From the NCBI RefSeq assembly GCF_018350175.1, contig NC_058368.1, positions 82,152,001-82,216,000 of the forward strand: a DNA stretch of 64,000 bases, written 5' to 3'. The translations under genes and the position numbers were made by a program. Source of the DNA: Felis catus (lineage: Eukaryota). This document shows positions 1 to 13,107 of the stretch, piece after piece. Under the pieces are notes generated by a model. That model saw only the letters and a program-made list of their open reading frames with translations, did no database searches and had not been told where the DNA came from. Within the stretch, counting starts at the first letter, position 1. Each line of letters begins with the position of its first letter.

Positions 1-3000
1 GCTCTCTGCCACTGGGAATGGGGCTCCTCTAGGGGCCCCAGGGGAGTGGAGTCCCACAAGATTTGCCCTTCTGTGACAGGCTTGTTTCTGTGGACAGGTG
101 GGTCCGAGCACCACCCCAGGCGGTTTTCAGTACTTCCAGCCCATTCAGTCTTTCTGTGGTGGGAGGTGCTGAGGACAGAGTCTAGCTGGTTATCCTTCCC
201 TCTGAGCCTGTCCGACAGGTTTCTGGCTGGGCTGCCTGGGGTGCGGAGAGGGAGCCTCTCTGCCTGGGGAAGGAAATGGGGATCAAACGTGCTCAGAGGC
301 CCCGTGGGCAGCCGTGGGGTGGGAGAAAGTGGGACAGGAAAGGCCCCCCGGAGCATGCCAGCAGGACGTGCCCTTTGCTAGAACCCCAGAAAAGGAAGCA
401 TATTTACAGAAGCCGGTGTCTGTGCACAGCCCGCTGGGCGGGTTTCCCAGGAGCGCGTCTACACCTGGGAGTGGGTTCCCCTCCCACAGCGAGTGTGAGG
501 ACTGGGTCGCAAGCCGAGAGGGCTGACAGAATTTGGGGCGACGGAAGAGTGCCCCTCCCCCCCTCCCCCGTCCTGGGCCGAGGGAAGGTGGCGCTGATGA
601 GACTGTGGTCCTTCATGCAGGGGACCCGTGGCGTGAGTGTCTGTGCACCTCACACCGTGAGCCCCTCCTTACCCAGGAGGCCCAGGGATGAATGGGGCCC
701 ACGCCATTCTCGCAGACGAGAGTGCAGGCCGAAGGATGAGGTTCCATCCAGGCAGGCAGGGAACCCATGAAGGACATGTCCGGCAGCGAGGATGAGGATT
801 GAGGGGCCCGCTGGTCAGCACCGAAGTGCCAGGCCACCCCTGTCACCCCGAGAGCTCCTGAAGCCACAGTTTCTCAGGGAAGGCCCTGGCTGACAGACGC
901 TGGAAGGTCCAGCCAGACCCGCCCTTGTCTAAGAGACCATAAGGAAAGCATCCTTGGTGACACAGACATGACCCCATCCTGCCAGGAGATTTGTGATAGG
1001 CGACATATTTTATTTCTGTTTTTGAAATTATTTCCAAGTGAATAAAGTTACAAACACAACAAAATACAGTTAGTGTTTTTTTTCCCAACAAACCTATTTT
1101 AGAGGTTTGTATACAAAAGAGAAAAAAGAGAACATTGAATTAAACGGCTGTGGGTTATCACACAATCACATAATTAAAAGATCATAACTCAAGTGGCAAA
1201 GGTGCTTTCATAAAAGACTAAGGAAGTGATGCTGAGTTTGTACAACCCTGACCGTTGGCATTCGTGGGTGGAGATCTGAGACACGAGAGCACTCCCGAGA
1301 TTTTTCACCAACAGATACTTCCTGTGGGAGCCCCACCGACTGGGCTCCCAGATGGATGTGTAAACACAGAAGGAGCTGTAAAATCTGAAGCAGGTCTAGG
1401 CTTCTAGCCTCTAACTGTGCAGACATGCAGACCCCACCCTGTGGGCTAACAGGCTCACACAGAGACGGTTCCTCCCACCCCCCCCCCCGCCACCGTGGGT
1501 CTCATTTACAAAGCCCAATGTCTGCTGGCTGCCAACCTTCTGCAAGGGGTGTTTCCACACGGGGTGCCTGCGGGCCTGCCTTGTGTGGAGGCAGCGGCCG
1601 TGTCCACCATGGAAGCACCTGCGTCCGTGGGGTCCTTAGACTCCACAGTCTTCACATAACATGAGCACATGCTGACCACCGAAAAGTACCCTCGGAAAAT
1701 CACCCTCAACTGCAAGCTTCCCATAGGCAGGGGACCTGCGGCCGCATTTGGTGAATGGGGAGAGGGCCAACCCCCCTGCCCCGCAGGTCACAGACTCACC
1801 CCCCACCACTTGCCAGATGTTGGGAGGACCTGGGTGTACGACCTCCTTGAAGCTGCCATCTGGAGGAGATTCTGGTCGATTCTCCCACCACTTGGGCTGA
1901 CACCACTCTGCGTTCTCCAGTGGACTTTCTGGTCTATTTAAAAATAGCACAATCCTACTCCTCGTTTTAAAAAGGGAACACTCGGTGAACATAGTATTTT
2001 TCTCTCCTCTGTCTGTCGTCACATTCTTTGCCAAACGTGGTCTCAGCCCCACTTCTGAACAAAGTATGAAGAAGGAAGGGGCCGGTAAGCCAGGTGGTAC
2101 CCGTCCAGCCCCCGCCAGATGCCTCTGCTGCCCAGGCGCCCCCTGGGGTTGTGGCTCCAGGAAGCTAGCCGCAGATGAGGCTCAGCCTTCCCGAGACACC
2201 TGGGTCGGGGGCACTGGGCCCCCAGCAGGGGACACACCGTTCTGCGGCAGAGGACCCCAAGTTTGAGCCACACATGGCAGATGGGGCATCGCCCAAGGGC
2301 CCCCTCACCCATGGTTGGGGTCCACACCCAGGAGCCCAGACACGGGCCGGGCAGCCCCGTGTGCACATTCACAACTGTCACACACCCCAGGTCCCGCTGC
2401 GGGGCCCTCCCGGTGCGCCCCCAGTGTGGTTCCTGCTCAACTGGGGGCCCCACACCACCATCCAAGCCTGGCACATTCTGGCACCTGCTCAGGGCTTGTG
2501 GGCTCTGGACACCCCAGCTGTGGAAGGTGCCACTCTGCGGCCTGGAACCTGATGGCCCGAGTGGGGGGCAGGAAGTGAGCCCACCCCAGGACAAAACACA
2601 CCGTATGCCTCCTGCTTAGCCCTTCCAGAAGCTCCGCACACCTGTCATCTCAGGTGGCCCTGGGAGGAGGCGCCCCGCCTTGCACAGGATGAGCCTGGAC
2701 AACCCAGTTCTCTCTGAGCACTTTCCCTGCACGGACATTGCAGGCAGAGGATCAGATCACGGCACGCATCAAGGAAACTTCTACAGGACGGGTAGAGATG
2801 GTGTAGACGACTGTCCTGACAGGCAGCAAGCAGCAAGACGTGTCTGAGGAGCGGGAGCCCCCCATGAGGGGGGTCACGAGCGTGGGGTGCGTGGGCCAGC
2901 GGGCACAGCCTTCCCCCGCTGTCGGCTCTCACGAGCTGCTTCATGGCCCAGAACACGTGCGCTGTGACGTTGAGAGTTCTAGACTGTACATGAGGTGTGA

Positions 3001-3091
3001 CCCCAATCGTGGCTGTGCCTTAGAGACACTGAGGGAAAAGCAGCCCACAACAATAACAAGCTATCTTGAGGTAACGTGATTATCAGTGGTT

Positions 3092-3097
3092 TTTATT
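3092..3097 (-). terminator. Candidate polyadenylation signal for long ADPRHL1 isoform
   Basis: Minus-strand AATAAA about 820 nt after the exon 8 stop. Confidence 0.5.
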
Positions 3098-3911
3098 TCC
3101 TTCCTCCCACTTGTACACAGACTCAAATATTCTAGCCGCAAACGGATGGTCTCAGTGACCGGAAAGCAAGGAACAACACACAACGCCCCAGGCAGAGTGG
3201 CAAGACTCCTGTGTTCTCAGGACACAGCAGGACAGGCAGCTGGGGATAGGGGGGGACGCGGCCCTGTGGCCTCTCACTGTCCCCACCACTTGGTGCTGCA
3301 AGAACGCCCCTGCAGGACTGCGCGTTTGAAAACAGTGCTGAACGCAAACTCCCATCCCTGTGCTCCGTCCCTTCCTGTGGGACAGTGTCGGTGGTCTGTC
3401 CTGCTCTGGCCCCGAGGGCACATCGAGCCAAGCTGAGGGGGCAGTGCAGGGGGTGCTGGGCCAGTCAGGGGCCGCAGCCTGACACCCGCCCTGTTGGTTG
3501 GTGTCTGCCGAGGACTCCGCAACGGGAAAGGCACCCTCAAAGTCCGGGCCGGCCAGAGCCACCAAGACAGGACAGGAGAGACACACACAAGGCTGAGCAC
3601 CAAACCTTTAAAGAACTAAAACAACACAGCTCAACACAGAGACAGAAACGTGTGCCTGGATGCCTTAAGCACAGTAAAGAAAGGGACTCTCAGGGACAAG
3701 CGTCTGGATGTCCTGAGGGCCTCCCTCAGCCACATGGTTCCAGAGTGCAGACTCCCCAGACTGGTCACCGGAGACTGAGAGGGACCGCCACACAGAGCCC
3801 TGCACGCACGTGTCCGAGGCCATGTATTTGGAGGCAGGAAAACAGTCTAGAGCCTGGGTTAAGGTGTGGAAACCGACGTGCCAGACGTGTCAGAGGTTTG
3901 GGGGCCGGGCC

Positions 3912-6900
3912 TCACTTCGGAAGCTCAAACGTGTCGCTGGCCCTGATGGTTGTGGGTCTGAAGGACAGATCGAAGGACCTCTGGTCGCTGAAGCTCTGGG
4001 CTCTATACTTTGCGAAGCTTGCCAGCCTTCTGTGGTGCTCATGCTCCACCGCACCTCTCCCTGCCACAGGGGTGTGTGAGGGCCCCTCCTGGGCTGGAGC
4101 ACGGGGAGCGGGCACCACGGAGCCCTGCGCTGGCTTGGGGCCGGAGGGCCACGGCCTTTCTCCCACCCGGTGTGGTGTTCCAGGCCCTCCCTGGCCACCC
4201 CTGGGGCCCGGTCCCTGGGACATCCTGCTTGGATCTGTAGTGGCCACTGCTTCTGAGGAGCTTTTGGGGGGGCCCACCGAGCTGCGGGACACCATCCTGC
4301 CAGCCTGGGCACTGTATCCCAAACGGGGGCTCTCTGCACGCCAAGCCTGCTGCCCCTGCACACGTTCTAGGCCCTTCTTGGGGTGTTGACCAGTCTCCAT
4401 CTTGGTGGCCCCCGTGTCCGGACCACTGCCCACCTGGACCCCCCAGGGCCATTTCTGACCCTCTTCAGCAGCACATGGCCCAGGCTCCTGACCCCGGAGA
4501 GCTACCCCCTTCTCCAGGGGACCACCGAGCCTCATGGGCCCTGCGGCCCTCTCCTCCAGTGCCCCCAGGCCTGCCAGAGGTTGATGTGTGCCCCTGCTGT
4601 CCTCCACTCCCTTTGGGACGCCAGACCTTAGGAGGGATGCAGGCGGCAGGTGCGCCTGGAGGTCTGGGCACTTCGGGGGCACCTGGCCTGCCCGCTGCCC
4701 TTCTGCTGCCGCGGGAGAAGCCTCCACACTGGGAGGCACCTGCTTTTCAGGCAGGATGCACTTGTCTTCCTTGCTCGGTTGGTTCTGGGGAGGCCCCACG
4801 CCAGCACTGCCCTGGGTCGTGGGGTGAGACCAGCCTGGAACTGTGGACAGGTCGCCCTCGCATGGGCTCCCGTGTCTGGCTGTGGCACCTCTGCCCCCTG
4901 CCCCTGTGCTAGCTTCGCTCTCCGCCTCAGCGCGCGTGCACAAGGGGACCCCCGCCTCCGGCAGGGCCGCGGCCCGAGCCTCAGGGGTCCCCCCCAAGCC
5001 TCCACAGGCACCGCTCCCGGTTGCTCCGAGCCCGTGGTGCCTCCAGGACACGACTGGCACGGAACCGAGCGGGTGGCTGGCGGCCGGGGCACGAGCCTCT
5101 GCTGCGGGGCTGCAGTGAGGTGACGGGGGTCGGCCCTCTGCCTCCCGCACAGGCTTCCGCTCTCCAGCCACGACGTTTACCGGGCTCGGGGCGCTACCGG
5201 GCGCTGCCGCGGTGTGACTCTCCGCGGCCCCTGGGACCTCGGTACTCGGTTTGGGGCGTTCACTGAGGGAGGTGGGTCTGTCCCCACCCAGGCCGGTGCT
5301 GGAGCGCCCTGCGGCCCGCAGGCCGGACCGGGCTGAGCCCCTCCGTGGCGGCCCTCCGGGCTCTTGCTCGCGCAGGCCGTTCCCGTGCGCGGAGGCCGCG
5401 CTTTCGGACTTAGTCCCGCCGCGGCAGGGGGCCCAGTGGCCGTCCCCTCCCCACTGATTCTCCGAGGCCGTGGGATGATGCGATGGGGCGTCCTCGCCAC
5501 GGGCGTGCCCGTCACCTGCTGCTGGCGACGGATGCTTCTGACAGGCGGGCTCAGGCGCGTCCTGCCCCGCCGGTCCCTCAGGATGCCGGAGACAGAGCGC
5601 GTTTCGGTCCGCAGCGCTGCGCGTGTTTTCCTTTCCCCGCGTGGGACTTTGCTGCCGACCAGCCGCTGACAGGTCCCGACCCACGCTGGCGGCGCCCATT
5701 TCAGGCGAGACACTCAGGGTTTCCAGGGAGCCCTGCCGTGGCCCCGCCGACCCTTTGCGGCCCGCGCTGGCTGCTCTGGTGGCCTCGCTGCCTACCGGCG
5801 CGGGATAAGGCTCTGGAGCACTTGCAAGCCCACCCCAGCACCCGGCCCCGCCCCCACGCATGCCCCCGCCTACATCCCCGCCCTCGGCCACACGCCCGCT
5901 CCCAACCACGCCCACACGCCCGCCCCCAGCCCCACCCACAGCCCCGCCCACACACCCGCCCCCGGCCTCAACCCCGCCCCTCGCCCCACTCGCGACCCCG
6001 CCCCCAACCCCGCCCACACACCCACCCCCGACCCCAATCCCGCCCCCAGCCCCACTCACGACCGCGCCCACACGCCCGCCCCCAACCACATCCCCTCCCC
6101 TAACCCCACTCACGACCCCGCCCCCAACCCCGCCCACACCTCCGCCCCCGCTCACATGCCCGCCCCCAACCGCGCCCACACTCCCGCCCCCAATCCCGCC
6201 CACGTCCCCAGCCCCACTCACGACCCCGCCCACACCCCCGCCCACATGCCCGCCCCCAACCACGCCCACACTCCCGCCCCCAATCCCGCCCACGTCCCCG
6301 CCCCCAGACCCACTCACGACCCCGCCCCCAACCCCACCCCCAGTCCCTCCCATGCCCATACCCCCTACCCCCCTCCAACCCGCGATCCCGACCCCGCCCA
6401 CACCCCCGCCCTCGCCCACATGCCCGCCCCCAATCCCGCCCACGTCCCCGCCCCCAGACCCACTCACGACCCCGCCCCCAACCCCGCCCCCAGTCCCTCC
6501 CATGCCCATACCCCCTACCCCCCTCCAACCGGCGATCCTGACCCCGCCCATATCCCCGTCCGGGCTCACGCCTCCACCCCAGCCCCCAACTCCGCCCTCG
6601 CCTCCGCCCCCACTCACGCTCCTGCCCCCATTTACTCTCCCATCCCAAGCCTTAGGCCCAACCCCAACCCGGCCCCCAGCCCCGCCCCCGCCCCCACTCA
6701 AGCCCACACCCTCACCTCGGCCCCCGTCCCCGCTCCCTCCGCCGCCCATGCCCCCACCCCCATTCATGCCTCCTCCCCCACCCGCACCCCTGCCCGTACC
6801 CACATCCCCACCGCTCCGAAGACTAGAACCCTTGTCTCCACCACCTGGTGCCTTTGGCAGCGCGGCGGGAGGCGGCATTTCGTGCACGAGCGGCCGCCTG

Positions 6901-8367
6901 ACCGTTATCTGCGGAGGCTCGGCGGCCGGCTGTGCGCGCCGCAGGGCCTGAACCGCGGGCACCGCAAGTGGCGGGACACGTCCCGCTACCTTCTGTTCCG
7001 GGAAAGTCTGCTGCACGGCGAACAGGGGATCTCGCTCCGAGCCTGGGGTCGCTACTTCTGTTTCATCCTCAGAACTGCAAACTGTCAGGGCCACCTCGGG
7101 GGCCACCCCTGCTTGCGCCCTCGGGGGCCCAGGCCACAGGCTCGCCCTGGCTCCCCCCGGCCCCCAGGTGTACTGTGCAGAGTCCCCTGCGGGGGGGTCC
7201 CCCATCCTGTCCTCTCTTGCTGCCCCAGCATGCCAAGGGCTGGCTGGTTTGAGTGGGGCCACCCTGGGCTCACAGCCAGGAAGGGCCTCACCCCTGTGGG
7301 AGGCAGAAGCGGGGTCTGGTTTGGAAACAGGCTTGGGCCCCATACCCAGGAACCCGGCTTCCAGACTGTCCCCAGGAGCCGTGGCACTGGGTGCTGGGGG
7401 CTGTTCGGGGTGCCCACCAGGCTGCCCCCATCCCACTGTTTTATTCTCCCTGGATGCCGCGTCCCCTGCGCTGGACACGTGCCCCCGGTCGGAGTGGCCG
7501 ATTTTGGCGCAGTGGGACAGCCAGCTCCTGGGGCTGCAGACGACCGTGGCAATGTTGAAGGCCAGCACGGGCTCAGCGGTGCAGGCCAGGAAGCGGGCTA
7601 GTGGCGTCCGGATGCAGGTGCTGGCCATGGTGGCTGTGCAGAGCACACGGGCCTCTGGTCGGTGCGTCTTCCTCCTGCGCAGGCCCTTCTTCCTCCCCTC
7701 CGTGCGGAGCGGCAGCACGCTGGCCTCGGAGCAGAGACAGCCGCTTTGCTCAAACTTCGCCCGCAGCCTGGACAGGACAGAGCCCCTCTTGCTGGCCGGC
7801 TTTGGCAGGGGCCCTCTGGCAGCTTCCGGCTTCTCACACACGTTTTTCTCCTCTGCCGCCAAGAATATCTTCAGAATGTTCTTCACGGTGCCCTTTCCCC
7901 CGGTGGGGAGGCCACGCCGGGACTTCTCGTTGCACAGCGGCTCCCCATCCTGCGCCGTGCGGCCGGTTCCCTCCCGGGCCTTGTCCAGAAGTTTGTTGAT
8001 GGTGGCGGTGACCAAGATCCTGCTGGGGCCCTGCTTGTCCTTGAAGATCAGCCTCCCCACCTCCCGGGTCTTCTTGAGGCGGGGCTCTCGGCCAGTGCCC
8101 ATGAACTTGGCCTGCAGCAACTGAAAGCATGTGGGCCGCCGGTGGGCATCCTGAGTATCCTGAGCGCGGCTGACCCTGCTCTCCCTGCGCTCTGACCCCC
8201 GGGTAGGAGGAGGCCCTGGGGGCCTGTCCTGGAGGTCAGTGATGTAGAGCAGCAGACTGCTGAGGATGGCACGGGCTGCAGGGTCACACGTCACACTGCT
8301 GACCTTCTTTCTCAGGGCTTGGGCATCAATGGGCTTCTTACCACCACAAATCTTGCCTCGCTTGGAG
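3912..8367 (-). CDS. ADPRHL1: ADPRHL1 large alternative terminal exon 8 (4456 nt coding, mostly low-complexity)
   Basis: 1460-aa ORF extends without a stop to a tttttcctacag| acceptor at 8367; phase matches the GAGAA|GTAAAG donor at the end of exon 7. Confidence 0.85.
5840..6810. repeat. C-rich (plus) / G-rich (coding strand) degenerate tandem repeat within exon 8, encoding a Gly/Val-rich tract
   Basis: Recurrent ccgccccca units and a 150-nt near-perfect duplication (cccccagacc at 6301 and 6451). Confidence 0.9.
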
Positions 8368-11300
8368 CTGTAGGAAAAAAGAAATCAATTGTCATAGATT
8401 TTAATCATCGTTTTTCCCACGGTGACTCCATCGAACATTTCAAATACCCCAAGAAGTCCAGGAGGAAGGACAGACAGAGGAGACTAGGAGACATGAGGGA
8501 TGCCCATTGCCTCTCGGGCCAGTGTCCCCTGCCCACTCCTAACCCACTATCCCATCAAAGGCTTTGGGACGCTGGTGTTAAATAGCTCTGTGGCAGCACT
8601 TTGGAAAACTAATGTGCATGTGCAAAGTATTTGAGTTTTTTAAAAATGAAGCATAGAGAATTTATATTTTCTGTGGGGTTCTTGCATATCTAACTTTAAT
8701 TATGGGGAATGAAACTAACACCACTGGTATATCCGACTCCCTCCCAGTGCTGAGTCCCTGAGAGCAATCTGGAAGACTGCAGGCCCCAGGCGGGATGAGG
8801 GTCCCCTGGAGCCAGAGGAAGTGGTCTTTGCTGCAGAGTGGGAGGTAGGCTGGGGCGCCCGCTGAGGCCTGCATTCCTGAGCCCCCAGAGAAACCTTGAG
8901 GCTGAGGGCCCTGAGCCCCTGTCCCTTGCAGCCCTGTCCCCAGGAGATGCTTCTCAGCACCTCGGCCACAGTCCCCACACCTCAACCTAGCCACTGACAA
9001 GTCTGGGGTGTCTGGTCCTCGATGGGGCTTCTCTCTCCTGAGCAGCCTGGCACTGGAGGTCCCCCCCCACCCCCAGCCCCGTGGGCACAGCCATTCCAAC
9101 CTCTCCAAGTGGCTCCTCTGTGAAGACACACCCAGAATACAGCCCAGCCATTCCCAGGAGCCCACAAGGATGCAGAGCAGGGACCATGACACACTGCTGT
9201 TTATGACACCAAAGACTCAGAAACGTTCTAAGCATGCACCCCCCGGGCTGCCCAAATTCGGGCATGGCCCTGTGCAGCGAGAGCTCCGCCCACACAGGGC
9301 GGTGCTCACTGAGTGGCTAGAAACGCGGCTGCAGAGCTGTGTGTGGACTTGGGCCCAACCATGTTGTCCGACTGAAACTGGATGGGAAGGTAACATACAA
9401 AGACTTTTCTTTTCAGCCTTTATGTATTTCCCAGAAAGGAGCGCTCTGAAGGCAGAGGCCACACGCACACGTGCTTGTAAACAGCGGTCAGGAGCCTGGT
9501 GAGCCTGTGTGCTGGGGTCGCGGGCGGTCCATCAGGTGGCAGCCTGACCCCAGGCCGCGCTTGGGGCGCCGGTGCCTGGCAGCGGGTCCTCTCCAGGAAC
9601 AAAACCTCGGGCACCTGCCCCCGCAGGCTCCCCAAACCCCTAGGTCACCTGGCTGCAGTCAGTTGGTGCCGAGTGGCCACTTTGCTGTTGTGGGACGCCA
9701 GAGGACTCGTGAGAGCAGAGTCCGGCAGCTCCACCGCCGTGTCTGACTCCGGTGGCTGCCAGGGGCCTGGGAACCTGCCTCTCCGGCTGCCGCTGGCCCA
9801 GGCCTCCCCTTGCCAACGCCTGAGACAGTGGGGGCTCCTTCCTAGACTCAGACAGCTGTGGGCTTGGACAGCTGCCCTGGTGAGCCAGGCTCCTGAAACA
9901 AAACTGAAACCCGAACCCAGGCCCAGGCCAGAGGCCAGCCGGCTGGCCACAGGGGACAGGTGCTCAAAGCACCAGGGGAAGCCAGGCTGCGGCTGCGCGG
10001 GTCCGGCGGCAGGAGCGAGGGGCTCTGGGGCATACTGGGAGCTGCGACCCCCAAGAAGGCGGTGCCCTCTCCACGGGTGGGGCACCCAGGACACCCACAC
10101 CCCGGACCCCAGGATTAGGGGCCGCAGAACAGCAGGCCGACTCCAGTGTTGCTGGGGCGGCGTTTGGCCCCTCCTGTTCCCTCGGAGAAGGCCGGCAGTC
10201 TCCAGCCGCGTGTGCCAGGACCCAGCCGTGGCTTGCCCCACCGCCCGGGGGCCCCTCTCCCTCTACCCTCTGCAAGGTCACCAGACACCTCGCTTTACCT
10301 GTGGAGGTAGGTTGTCAGAGGCCAGCTTGGGGCTTGGTGGTCCAGGCTTCCTCCAGAGCCCGCGAGCCTCCTCTCCCCGCCTTGCCAAGGCAGTCCCCCG
10401 AGTCCCAGACCCGCCAGGCCGCTCTGATCCACGCCGTGGGCATTGCAGCCTGGCGGGTAGCTCGGTTGGCGGCACCTTTTAGTTTGGCAGAGGCGCACCG
10501 ACCTCGGGCGGCCCTGGGTCTCTTCACGGCCGATCAGCCTGAAGCCCCAGCCACTGTCCCCGCCACTGCCCCGGCTTAGCTCGCTCTGCCTGGTTCTCGC
10601 TGCCGCCCTGCAGGTACCCATGCGGAGGACGCTCGGGGGGCCCCACAGTGCAGGGGCCTCAGGGTCCGGCCAACACTGGATCTCCCGGGCACGTGACACA
10701 GGGCTGACACCCCTCCCCACACACACAGCCCACGGCCATCCACCCCCATGTTCCTCTGCGCCGCCAGCACACTGCGTGCGTGGATCTTGCGTCGGCATTG
10801 TGGGGACTCGGCTGTTTCCAGAATGGGGGGCAGGCAGGGACGGGCTCCTGCTGCGGGCGAGGTGTGGCCCTGCCTCTGCACCCACATCTGGTGCCGTCCA
10901 CGCTTGTGCCCCTCCTTCAGGGACCCTGTCCACCCTCTGAGGACACGGGGAGCCCGGCCCCACCGGAGCCCGCTCCGCACTCCCAGCAGGACCCCAGGCC
11001 GAGCGACCCCGGCCTGTCCACGCGGTGCCCAGTGAGCGTCTGCGAAGGGTCCACGTCTGGCTCCGAGCCCGACGCCGGCAGGGCCTCGGTCAGTGCTGAA
11101 GAACTCCATGCTGTGGCCAAGACACCGCCTGTCACTGTCACCGTACGCTTCCATCAGTGGACCTTGAGTGGCCCCTCAGGGAACAGTGGCCTCCGCAGTG
11201 CCTGCCACCCGCACCCCATGCAGGGGCCTCTGGGCCCAGGAGGGGCCTGGTGGGGGTGTGGAGATGAGGCCCTTCTGGCTGTGCCAGCCACCCCCTGCTT

Positions 11301-13001
11301 GGCCTTTCCGGTCACCTTTGTGACTGCGGGTTGAGTCATTCGATGGCTAAAATAGCTCTGGGGACATTCTGACATGTGAGCACGGCCCCCTGAGGACCTG
11401 CCATGTGGCCTCCTCTGCCCCTCCACGTTCCCTGCCTCCGGGTACTGTGACCCCACAGTCCAACAGAAAGACGGAGAATTGGGCTGGCATCAGGTTTGTG
11501 CCAACTTCCCATCTGAACCCAAGGCGGCTCTGGAAGGGGGTCAGAGTGACAGAAAGCTGGATGTGGACCGCGCCCTATTTCTCTGCCATTGGCCTGCAGG
11601 CACCGGGGTCACCGGACGCCTCCCTCCAAGATCTCCAACCCAGGGGGTGCGGATGGCCCCTCCGTGCTGGGAGGCGCCTTCATGACAGCAGGTGCGGGCT
11701 CCAGCCCAGGGCTTCTGGCCATACCACGTTTGCACATTCTCACGCTGACCGTGTCATCCAGGCGCCACTTGGCCTCTTGCTAAGCTCCAGCCCCCTGTAC
11801 TCATTACGGCTGGCTTTTACCTACCAGCCCCCACCCCACCCCACCCCCCCGGCAGGGCTGCGACCAGCTTCCTGCTTCCACTGCCACCTAAGAACGGTTT
11901 TCACTCCCAGAGATCCAAGACGTACAGGCTGATATGCAGGGGATTAGCCAGGACCACACGGTCCTTTTTCAGGCAAGCCCTGCCTTGCCAAGGTGGCCTC
12001 ACCTCCAGCCGGACGTGTGCAAGATTCAGGAGAAAGACCCCGGCAACAGACGCAGAAGTGTGACTGCATGGGCAACAGCCTCCATGAACACAATACCTCT
12101 CCTCTGCTCAGCCTGCTTCCGGCCATCTCTGCTCTCCTGCCCTCTACCCCAGAGAAATGCTGAGCTCTGTTTGCAGGATGCTTGTGTGGTGCATGTTCAC
12201 GACACAGCTGAGCTGGGCTCCCGCCCTCCCTGCAGGGACACGCCACCTGGTGCCCAGGCCATGAGCACTGGCCATCGATTGGTTCCCAGCTCATTCCTAC
12301 CCCAGGGCCTTTGCACAAGCTGTTCCCTCTGCTTTGCACAGTCTGCCCTCCTGAGGTCACTATGCAAGCTCACGACCCACCGTGCCCCAGTGTACCGCCT
12401 GAGGTTTCCATCCCTCTAGCAGTCGTCACTGCCTGAGACTCCAGCGCAGTTTCAAGCACACTCATTTGTCTGCCTGCACGTCGGCAGGACACCCATCTGT
12501 TCTGCACCCCTCTGGGGCTTGCAGCGAGGTCTGGCAGGGCCCCTGCCATTCGAGGCTCTGGCTCACCCTGCCGTTGTTGCCGGGGGTGAGGGATGCAGGC
12601 CTGTGCACCTCGAGTGTCACCTGGCAGCTCAGCTCCCGGCTGTGCTCTGTCCCAGCCGCACACTGAGCCTTCCCACCTGCGACAGCTGCACTCCTGATGA
12701 GCTCCTATGCATCCTTCACGACCCATTTCAGGTGCCCTCCTCAGTGCAGGCTTTCCCAGTGGCCTGACTGTGCTGTCCCCACTGGTCCTGTGGATGCCCC
12801 TCTTTCACTCGAGGGGTACCTGCATGGCCCTCTGCATCCCAGAAGTCACTGAATTGGAATGGCCAGTGGTGTGAACTCTCCCGCGGGCCTGGGCATGTGC
12901 TCTTGTGGAGGCAAGGTCTCTCACTGGGGCCTTCGATGACTGCCTGACCCTGGACTTGCAGGCAGGCCCAGCACGTCCTTCTTTGGCCCCACACGCCTGG
13001 C

Positions 13002-13107
13002 CTGAAATAGCATGTGGATGGACGGTCCCCGCGCTGCAGCGAGGATAGTTGTGGCTGAAACAGCATGTGGATGGATGGTCTCCGTGCTGCAGCGAGGACA
13101 GTTGTGG
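13002..13107. repeat. Two-copy 53-bp tandem duplication
   Basis: ctgaaaYagcatgtggatggaYggt...gaggaYagttgtgg twice. Confidence 0.85.

Noticed and set aside
5860..7601. Plus-strand Pro/Thr-rich (363 aa) and Pro/Ala/His-rich (481 aa) ORFs resembling extensin or mucin
   Set aside because: Antisense shadows of the C-rich repeat within ADPRHL1 exon 8; no independent gene structure
3912..8294. The 1460-aa ORF as a separate intronless gene
   Set aside because: It starts at GTG, stays open upstream to a strong acceptor in phase with ADPRHL1 exon 7, and is better explained as an exon
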